From Marinobacter sp. F3R11 (lineage in GTDB: Bacteria > Pseudomonadota > Gammaproteobacteria > Pseudomonadales > Oleiphilaceae), in assembly GCF_003318275.1 (NCBI RefSeq), contig NZ_QOCH01000013.1, positions 463,152-495,151 on the forward strand: a DNA stretch of 32,000 nucleotides, written 5' to 3'. Under the pieces are notes generated by a model, which was given only the letters and a program-made list of their open reading frames with translations, did no database searches and was not told the DNA's origin. Positions 17,201 to 24,277 of this stretch are shown piece by piece (within the stretch, counting starts at the first letter, position 1; each line of letters starts with the position of its first letter). The position numbers were made by a program, and so were the translations under genes.

Positions 17201-19107
17201 GTCCGCAGAGATTGCCACTGGTAGCCGGTATCAGTCAGTTTCCTCCGCAACAAGCGAACAGATTTGAGACGGCCACCCTCAAAATCAAATGCCAGCGCAT
17301 TGCCCGAATCGTTACTCAGGCGTTCAAGCTGACCGTGTAAGTTGTAGCCTACCTTGAGCGTGTTGCCATAACGGTCGGATATTCGGGCAAGATGGCCCGA
17401 ATTTCCCGACCGGAGAAAGTGATAGCGGAGCGATTTTTCACCTGCGCAGACAACAATCTCGTCACCGTCTCGCCAGGCCGCCATGCCTGCTCGGGAATTA
17501 ATACCGACAGGCGCACTCTCCAATTCCGGTAGGCGGGTGTTTTTACCCTCATGGTCATGCCAGGTAAGGCCACCATCGTTGAAAGTGAGGGTGTGATTCA
17601 GGCTATGGCGCCAGCCATGGCCCATATCCAGGCGTCGGTCGCTGCTGCCGGAGCGGTAAACTCGCTTGAATTCGAATGGCAGAGGCCCATCCAGACGAGC
17701 GTCTGTCAGTTCCAGCACTTCTTCGCCGGTGACAGTGCTGATTGGATCGGCAACGTTTTCGGTGGATTCATTATCCTGAGTGGCACGCCCCTGGTCGGTT
17801 TGGGAGGGCGAGGATTCATCGCGTACGGTTTGGGGTTTCCGCTCACTGGTTACCCCATGGTCGCGCCCCGACGACTGCAAATTGGCGACATCGTCAGTAT
17901 CCGCCATTTCCTGATAGGCCTTATGGCGATGGCGGACATCCAATCCGGACTGGGTATTGGATGAATCAATTCGGCTCACACCCGCTAACTGAATATTCCG
18001 GTGTCTAGTTCCAATGCTCTCCATGAAGTCCTGAAACTCCCTGGCGAATTGCCCCAGAAACCGCCCCAGAATATTGTTGCTGGCACGGGCACTGTCAGCG
18101 ACATTCATGGCTCCGGCCACGGCTTTGCTGCCAATTCGTGTGCCGTATTTGGCTGCAAGCCCTCCACCGCCGGTAATGATCAGCCCGACCACCACGTCAA
18201 ACAGAACCTGTCCGACCAGCTCCCCGGAAACCTCTGCCACCTGAGTTGGAGACAGCAAACGGAAGTACTGTCTGACTGTATACATCACCAGAAAAAGGAA
18301 AATCTCGTCATTGGCAACAAGGCACGCCTTGAGATAGGCATCATCGACCTTTTTGAGTTTTTCCATCTGCTCACGCAGATCGTCCGGAAGGTTGCTGAAA
18401 TCATGATCCAGCAACCCACAAATCACATCGTAGATTCGACGGATGTCATCCAGAACACCAGTAAATCCGTCAGCAATACCTTCCTGAAACTGAGCATAAA
18501 CGGCCTGGGTCTGAGCGGATGACCCCATGGACAGGTAGCCCTCCCACTCCTGACGAGCACCGTTATTCCAGGTGTTTTCGAGCAACGAACAGCATCGCTC
18601 AATGAAGCTTTCGTAGGTTTGGTAAAGCGCATCCATGTCGGCGCGGGAAACGTCTGGCGCCAGAACCACCCGATACTCTTTGCCCGGTGCAACAGGAACT
18701 TCAGCAACACCATTCGCATTGGTGGTACCGCTGTGAACCGTCTCCCAGTCATCGAAGATCCAGCCCGTGTTCTCCTGAACCTGAAACCGTGTGGAGGGTA
18801 TCGGCGTCTTGCTTACGTTCTCATGGAAGTGGGCAATCTTGATTGTCCGCCGTTCCTCGCACGGGGCTACGGTTGCCGAAACAACTTCATCGTCACTCAC
18901 ACTCTCCCGGCTCACTTCACCGTTAACCTCCAGGATCTGTTCATGCCCCATGAAGATCGATGAAAACCAGCCTTCGCGCCAATCTTCATAAGTCTTGGCC
19001 AGCGATTCCCTAAGCTCACGAGTGATCGCATTGATGTCAGGCAATCCGTCAGACGCCTGTTGGGACTCCCGAAGAGCCGTCCTTGACTCGACCATTGATT
19101 CATCCAT
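14203..19107 (-). CDS. rhs: Rhs-family T6SS polymorphic toxin (1634 aa)
   Basis: The core begins with '[33 protein letters not shown]' at about aa 454. Many YD repeats follow (e.g. 'YTYDDNDDL', 'YQYDKSGRL', 'YRYDGLGRV', 'YEYDAFGRR'). The core end is '[60 protein letters not shown]', followed by a 173-aa variable tail. Confidence 0.95.
   Translation of the reverse strand: [1634 protein letters not shown]
14206..14724 (-). other. Variable C-terminal toxin domain of the Rhs protein (173 aa after DPLGL)
   Basis: The sequence after 'WVDPLGL' is [12 protein letters not shown]...[24 protein letters not shown]...[41 protein letters not shown]. I cannot assign a family with confidence. Confidence 0.8.
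14884..15210. repeat. Direct repeat, main-gene copy (3' end of the rhs core)
   Basis: Partner of 13494..13820. The repeat ends exactly at the codons for 'RFQGQ', just upstream of 'YHDPETG'. Confidence 0.9.
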
Positions 19108-19110
19108 CCT

Positions 19111-19896
19111 TTAACTACGAGACCCCATGGACGCTTCTTGCATCAGGGCCTGGTGTATCGATTGAAGTTGTGATGGCTCCAGTTCGGCAGGCACATTACT
19201 TTGGCACAGCCGCCTCACATGGCGTTCAACTTTGCGGCGGGCAACCGGCTCCGGGTAACGGCTCAACGGGGATGGCTTTGTTTTACTCAAGACGGCCATC
19301 GTATTGCCGACCAATTGATCCCAGCAAAGTGCCGCTACCTTTTTCTGGGCGTCTGATGGAAGCGAAAACCAGGGAAACGACGGCACCGGGCTGGCTGCTT
19401 CGGGAACACCGGGATGATGAATGGTTTCCCCCGAGGGCAGAACAATAACCTCAATGGGCCCCATCAGGTTCGCGCGCCCTGCTTCATCAAGACTGTGCAT
19501 AATCTGGCCGAAGTACCGGGCAGCCCAGTAGCGAAAGAACACATCGTGCCCATCGGCCAGTGTTATCTTGGTGAGACTCCGGATATGTCCGAACACATCA
19601 TCAAATGAGGCGAAACTTATGAATCCCCAACCCCAATCCGTACTGTCGGACTCTTCAAGCCAATCAATAAACGCACTGGACGTGGTGAGCTGCGCAAGAA
19701 ACGGCATCACGTCATGCCACCCGGCATAAGGTGTTCCCATGAACAGCGGCAACGCTGTAAGCCCATCGGTGCGAAAGAAATTCTGAACCGGCTTCGCCTC
19801 ACTGGTGCCACTGAGAACGACGTAAGCGATCCCCTTTTCACCAACCTGTTGCACAAGAGAATCCAGTGCAACCCGGAAACCAGAAGCGTCAGACAT
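19111..19896 (-). CDS. DUF4123-domain T6SS adaptor/chaperone (Tap/Tec-like)
   Basis: Start set at the ATG at 19896 (MSDASGFRV), which overlaps the vgrG stop by 8 nt (ATGTCTGA). 'YVVLSG...LFMGTPYAGWHDVMPFLAQL...WGWGFISFASFDDVFGHIRSL...FFRYWAARYF' matches the DUF4123 pattern from memory. It sits between vgrG and the effector. Confidence 0.85.
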   Translation of the reverse strand: MSDASGFRVALDSLVQQVGEKGIAYVVLSGTSEAKPVQNFFRTDGLTALPLFMGTPYAGWHDVMPFLAQLTTSSAFIDWLEESDSTDWGWGFISFASFDDVFGHIRSLTKITLADGHDVFFRYWAARYFGQIMHSLDEAGRANLMGPIEVIVLPSGETIHHPGVPEAASPVPSFPWFSLPSDAQKKVAALCWDQLVGNTMAVLSKTKPSPLSRYPEPVARRKVERHVRRLCQSNVPAELEPSQLQSIHQALMQEASMGSRS

Positions 19897-21967
19897 TGCA
19901 AACTCCATCCTGGCACGCAACGCACTCTTCACAGAATGGAGCATCGGCCATCATGTTCTGATATTGGGCTCTGGTAAGCGGCACTTCCGCCAGTGCAACA
20001 GGGTCAATAACCTGGGAAGGCTCTGAATCCAACATCCGGGGAATATTTGGCATCACCGCACCCTGCCCCGAACCACTCCCCGGCGTCCCCCCGGAATTAA
20101 TCTTGATCCCCGGCCCGCTCAGAGTTACACCACTGGGATCCAGCTTGATAAAGCTGCCACCACCGGCAATGGTGAGTTCAACGCCGGCATCCAGCACAAC
20201 TTTTGCTCCCGCTTTGTGGTGAACCTCGGTACCTGCTTCGCACAGAGTGGCGCTACCGGACTTCTGGTGCAGGGCACCACCAATGTTCTGGCTGCAATCA
20301 GCTCCAATGCTTTGGCGTTTTTCGCCGTCGATGGTGATGTGATCGTTGCTTTGTACATGGCTGAAACGATCATTCTCAACGGTCAGATGACTGTCGTTCC
20401 TGATGACTTCCGTGCGGTTGTTTTCCGTTAGCAGGTCCAGGTCTTTCTGGGCATGGAGGTAGACCTGTTCTTTATCCGCTTCGTCTTCAAAACGCAGTTC
20501 GTTGCTGCCTTCGCCCTTGTGGGTTTTGGTTTTCAGGGTGGTGCGGGTTTTGTGTTCCGGCAGCGCGTACGGTGGCGTGTTGGTGGCGTGGTAGGTACGG
20601 CCTGTAATAATGGGCTGGTCCGGATCCCCGTCCAGGAAGGAGACGACAACTTCGTTTCCGATTCTGGGTAAGGCTGTAAAGCCGTACTGGCCGCCCGCCC
20701 AGCCCTGGCTGACTCTTAACCAGGCACTGCTGTGTTCGTTGTTTTCGCTGTATCTGTCCCAGGGGAAGCGGATTTTTACACGGCCGTATTCATCGCAGTG
20801 GATCTCTTCACCTTCGGGGCCGGTAACAATGGCGATCTGTGGGCCGTCCATCCGTGGGCGATGGGTGAGTTGTGGCCGCCAGGTTTTGTCCGCAGGGATG
20901 GCGTTGAAGGTGTTGTGGTAGGAGGTGGGTTCTGAACCACCCTCTTCTTCCATGGCCTGGGGTTGTTTGCCGGTATGGGTAACGGCGGTGAGTAACCAGT
21001 CCCGGTTCAGGGTTTCGTTATCGTGGCCGCTCAGTTCGGTTCTGGCGCCGCAGGTAAAGTCCGGGCGGTTGCTTTCGCCATGGGCTGTGCTGGCGTCGTT
21101 TCGCAGGGCGTCCAGGCGTGCTTCGGTAAACGGCTGGCCGCTGGCGTCGGCTTTGAAGCGGCCCGGGTAGTCAAAGTGCTGGTAGTCCTGGCGCTGGTAG
21201 TCCTGGCGCTGGTGGGTGCTGGCTGCGCTGTGTTCGTGCATCAGGGCGTAAGCGGGGTTTTTGAAGGTGTAGTCTTTCATGGCCACGGAGGCGGCGCGGA
21301 CCCGTTCTTCGTAACGGAAGCGGAACACTGCCGGTTTCCGGGTGCTGCCACCGGCTTTACCGTTGTATTCCGCGGGCTCCAGCCGGGGTGCATCCCCGTG
21401 ATGGTCCGCTATGATCAGGCCCGGCTGCTCGCTCGCATCCTCGCTCCCGTGCTGGTAACGGTAATGCCAGCCTTCCTCGGCCGCCATGCGTTCAATGAAG
21501 GCCAGGTCGCTTTCCCGGTGCTGTACGCAGTATTCCCGTTCCTGCGGGGCACGTTTGAGGTCAAAGAGCGCATCGACAATGCCCCGCTCTTCCAGCAGGG
21601 TCCGGGCGATGGTGTCGGTGGTTTGAGTCTGGAAAATGCGGCTGTTGTGCATCAACCCTAAACGCCACAGGGGTGGCTGGATGATTAACTCGTAACGGAT
21701 ACGGCGGTGGCCTGTATCTCCCCGGGCAAACTCGTTAACCACGCCGGTGAAGCGCCTGAGGGGCATGCCATCCTGCCAGACCACCAGATCCACGGACTGC
21801 TCCAGAACCTCACCCGCATCCACATCCGGGTCGGTACTGGCCAGCTCAAGGCAGCCGTGGAACACTTCGGAGAGCCGTTCTGTCAGCGTAAAGCCGATCA
21901 CGGAAAAAAGATCAGAGGGGAGTTCGCCAACACGGGCGGTAAACTGCAGTCCGTTTGCCTTGGGCAT
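19889..21967 (-). CDS. vgrG: T6SS spike protein VgrG
   Basis: 692 aa. The gp5 OB-fold signature is 'VTGPEGEEIHCDEYGRVKIRFPWDR...SAWLRVSQGWAGGQYGFTALPRIGNEVVVSFLDGDPDQPIITG'. A beta-helix region and a Cys-rich tail 'PFCEECVACQDGVCNV' follow. Confidence 0.95.
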   Translation of the reverse strand: MPKANGLQFTARVGELPSDLFSVIGFTLTERLSEVFHGCLELASTDPDVDAGEVLEQSVDLVVWQDGMPLRRFTGVVNEFARGDTGHRRIRYELIIQPPLWRLGLMHNSRIFQTQTTDTIARTLLEERGIVDALFDLKRAPQEREYCVQHRESDLAFIERMAAEEGWHYRYQHGSEDASEQPGLIIADHHGDAPRLEPAEYNGKAGGSTRKPAVFRFRYEERVRAASVAMKDYTFKNPAYALMHEHSAASTHQRQDYQRQDYQHFDYPGRFKADASGQPFTEARLDALRNDASTAHGESNRPDFTCGARTELSGHDNETLNRDWLLTAVTHTGKQPQAMEEEGGSEPTSYHNTFNAIPADKTWRPQLTHRPRMDGPQIAIVTGPEGEEIHCDEYGRVKIRFPWDRYSENNEHSSAWLRVSQGWAGGQYGFTALPRIGNEVVVSFLDGDPDQPIITGRTYHATNTPPYALPEHKTRTTLKTKTHKGEGSNELRFEDEADKEQVYLHAQKDLDLLTENNRTEVIRNDSHLTVENDRFSHVQSNDHITIDGEKRQSIGADCSQNIGGALHQKSGSATLCEAGTEVHHKAGAKVVLDAGVELTIAGGGSFIKLDPSGVTLSGPGIKINSGGTPGSGSGQGAVMPNIPRMLDSEPSQVIDPVALAEVPLTRAQYQNMMADAPFCEECVACQDGVCNV
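21179..21213. repeat. In-frame 15-bp tandem duplication inside vgrG
   Basis: ctggtagtcctggcg occurs twice (21179-21193 and 21194-21208), followed by a partial 'ctggt'. It encodes QRQDY-QRQDY-Q. Confidence 0.85.
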
Positions 21968-22016
21968 ATCTTCGTTCCCTGAAGACTAGTACATCATTCA
22001 TGCTCATCCTGAGCCG

Positions 22017-22051
22017 GTGCCCGATTATAACCCCCGGGTTCGGGAATGTAA
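22017..22051 (-). promoter_or_regulatory. Candidate sigma70 promoter for the vgrG operon
   Basis: On the minus strand: -35 TTACAT (22046-22051), 16-nt spacer, perfect -10 TATAAT (22024-22029). It lies about 55 nt upstream of the vgrG ATG. Confidence 0.35.
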
Positions 22052-22188
22052 CCCTGCTGCAATGCAGTGATAACAAACATGAGAAGTTGACCACAACACC
22101 AATCTGCTTCACCCTAATCCGGTTTCATTATGCAACTCAAGGAGCAAAACCGCTCCGAATTACCTCACTGGAGATAGGTAGGAAGATT

Positions 22189-23214
22189 ATGAGCAACTAT
22201 AAAAATCACGCCATCGTCCTGAAACAGCGCCCCAATGGAGAAATCCAGGAAGGAGATCTGGTGATGGAAGAGCGCCCTGTGCGCGATCCCGGAGAGGGCG
22301 AAGTCGTTGCACAGATACTGTGGCTGTCTCTGGACCCCTACATGCGTCCACGCATGAATGATGTAAAAAGCTATATGGATCCTATCGCCATCAATGATCC
22401 CGTTACCGGCGAAAGCGTTGCCCGGATTGTAGAGTCCCGGTCAGACAAACTGAAAGTTGGTGATCTGGTCACCTGTTACTCAGGCTGGCAGGAATATGTC
22501 ACCTTCCCGGCCGATGCGCCCAGGGTTTATAAAATCCATCAGAAAGACGACGTTCCACTACAGGCTTATCTCGGAGTTGCAGGCATGCCCGGCCGAACCG
22601 GCTACTGTGGCCTGACCTATGTGGGCAAGCCCAAAGCAGGCGAAACCGTGGTAGTTTCTGCCGCATCCGGCCCGGTAGGGACAGTTGTTGGCCAGACAGC
22701 TAAAACAGATGGTTGCCGGGTAGTTGGTATCGCCGGTGGTCCGGAAAAGTGCAGCTATGTGGTTAATGAACTGGGTTTTGATGCCTGCGTGGATTACAAG
22801 GCGGGAAACCTGAATGCCGATCTTGAAGCCGCCTGCCCCGACGGCATCGACATTTACTACGAGAATGTAGGAGGCGATGTGACACGAGCCGTTGCGCCAC
22901 TGCTCAACCCTGGTGCCCGGGTACCCATTTGTGGCTATGTCTCAGCTTACAATGCAAAAAGCACAGACAAAGTAGAAACGCCATTCGATATTCTCAAACG
23001 CCTCGACCCGGTTCCGGAGCATCGTTTTTTCCTGGTAACCGAGTGGCAGGATAAACATCAGGAAATTACCGATATTCTTGCCAGCCGCATTGCATCAGGC
23101 CAGCTCAAATACCGTGAAACGGTTGCTGAAGGCCTCGAAAACGCAGTAGAGGCCTTCAAGGGAATGCTGAAGGGCAAAAACTTCGGCAAGCAACTGGTTC
23201 ATATTGCAGATTAA
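22189..23214 (+). CDS. NADP-dependent oxidoreductase, MDR superfamily (YncB/CurA / alkenal-enone reductase type)
   Basis: Start set at the ATG at 22189 (MSNYKNHAIVLKQRP), preceded by 'aggtaggaag'. The tracked ORF extends upstream across the vgrG promoter region. The nucleotide-binding motif is 'VSAASGPVGTVVGQ'. Confidence 0.85.
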   Translation: MSNYKNHAIVLKQRPNGEIQEGDLVMEERPVRDPGEGEVVAQILWLSLDPYMRPRMNDVKSYMDPIAINDPVTGESVARIVESRSDKLKVGDLVTCYSGWQEYVTFPADAPRVYKIHQKDDVPLQAYLGVAGMPGRTGYCGLTYVGKPKAGETVVVSAASGPVGTVVGQTAKTDGCRVVGIAGGPEKCSYVVNELGFDACVDYKAGNLNADLEAACPDGIDIYYENVGGDVTRAVAPLLNPGARVPICGYVSAYNAKSTDKVETPFDILKRLDPVPEHRFFLVTEWQDKHQEITDILASRIASGQLKYRETVAEGLENAVEAFKGMLKGKNFGKQLVHIAD

Positions 23215-23245
23215 GGCAAGGCCAGTCCAGCACCGGGAAGGCAGG

Positions 23246-24214
23246 TTACTCCGAAATTCTGAGCAGAACCTTCCCGGTATTTCTGTTGGCTGCGACGTGC
23301 GCCATGGCTTCCTCAATTTCTTCGATAGACCAGGTACTGTCTATCAGAGGCTCAATCTGGCCGGCTACCAGAAGAGGCCAGACGTTTTGGTACAACGCCT
23401 GCATCACACGACCTTTGTCTTCTACGGAGCGGGACCGCAATGTAGAGCCAATCAACCTGTGGCGCTTCATCAGCATAAGACCCAGATCAACCTCAGCTGA
23501 CCGCCCTCCCATAAGGCCGATGAGGACAATTCTGCCATCGGCATTCAGAACTTTCTGATCCTCCCTGATATAACTGCCTCCGACCGGGTCCAGCACCATA
23601 TCCACGCAACCCCAGTTCTTCACTGCTTCCACAAATGAGCCGTCTTTCCGGTTCCACGCGCCTGTTGCGCCAAGCTTTCGGCAGACTTCCAGCTTTTCTG
23701 CATCACCGGCAGTCGCGAATACCGGATTACCAAATGCCGTGGCAATCTGTATGACAGCGGTACCCAGTCCACTGGCGGCTGCATGCAGGAGCACCCTCTC
23801 GCCAGGCTTGAGATCGGCTTCCTGATAAAGGTTTAACCAGGCAGTCGCAAATACCTCAGGTATCGCTGCCGCTTTTTTCAACGAGAACCCCTTGGGTATC
23901 GGCAACACCTGCACTGCGGGAACAACAACCTTGGTAGCATACCCACCGCCAGTGAGCAGAGCACACACTTCGTCCCCCCGCGCCAGGCCTGTAACGGCAC
24001 AACCAACCGCCGCTATACGACCGCTGACTTCCAGCCCCAAAATATCAGACGCCCCCGGGGGCGGGGGATAAACCCCGGCCCGCTGCGACAGATCGGCACG
24101 GTTTACAGCTGTCCAGACAACGTCGATTTCTACGTGGTCTGCCGGCAGTTCATCAAAGCCGGCGCAGTCTTCCCATGAAAGGGAATTACCGGTTATCTTG
24201 ATTGCTTTCATCAT
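23246..24214 (-). CDS. qor: NAD(P)H:quinone oxidoreductase (zeta-crystallin/PIG3-type MDR)
   Basis: 322 aa with 'VNRADLSQRAGVYPPPPGASDILGLEVSG' and 'HAAASGLGTA'. Confidence 0.85.
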   Translation of the reverse strand: MMKAIKITGNSLSWEDCAGFDELPADHVEIDVVWTAVNRADLSQRAGVYPPPPGASDILGLEVSGRIAAVGCAVTGLARGDEVCALLTGGGYATKVVVPAVQVLPIPKGFSLKKAAAIPEVFATAWLNLYQEADLKPGERVLLHAAASGLGTAVIQIATAFGNPVFATAGDAEKLEVCRKLGATGAWNRKDGSFVEAVKNWGCVDMVLDPVGGSYIREDQKVLNADGRIVLIGLMGGRSAEVDLGLMLMKRHRLIGSTLRSRSVEDKGRVMQALYQNVWPLLVAGQIEPLIDSTWSIEEIEEAMAHVAANRNTGKVLLRISE

Positions 24215-24277
24215 GTATAAATCTCGGTACTTACGGGTGCCCGGCCGGGAATCCAGAGTCCGGTCAGGAATATGCGG

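Noticed and set aside
15223-18963. Numerous 60-190-aa ORFs on both strands inside rhs (e.g. 16209..16787, 16870..17340, 18001..18522)
   Set aside because: All lie within the continuous 1634-aa Rhs frame, which carries unmistakable YD-repeat motifs. They are by-products of repetitive GC-rich coding sequence.
21023-21661. 212-aa plus-strand ORF
   Set aside because: It is antisense to the conserved gp27/gp5-like region of vgrG. The translation is Gly/Val/Ala-rich with no motif.
14203-21967. PAAR domain, or a separate small PAAR ORF, within the T6SS module
   Set aside because: I scanned the Rhs N-terminus, the VgrG tail and the intergenic frames. I found no PAAR-like Gly/Pro-rich beta-cone motifs and no spare ORF. 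Absence is by eye only and needs an HMM check.
21968-22100. Sigma54 (-24/-12) promoter upstream of vgrG
   Set aside because: T6SS genes are often sigma54-dependent, so I looked for GG-N10-GC. The nearest candidate (gggcac cggct caggat on the minus strand) lacks the -12 GC element. A sigma70-like TTACAT/TATAAT pair fits better.
21955-22188. N-terminal 78-codon extension of the oxidoreductase ORF
   Set aside because: The extension crosses the vgrG start and promoter region and has no homology signal. The MDR-family sequence begins at the ATG at 22189, which has an SD.
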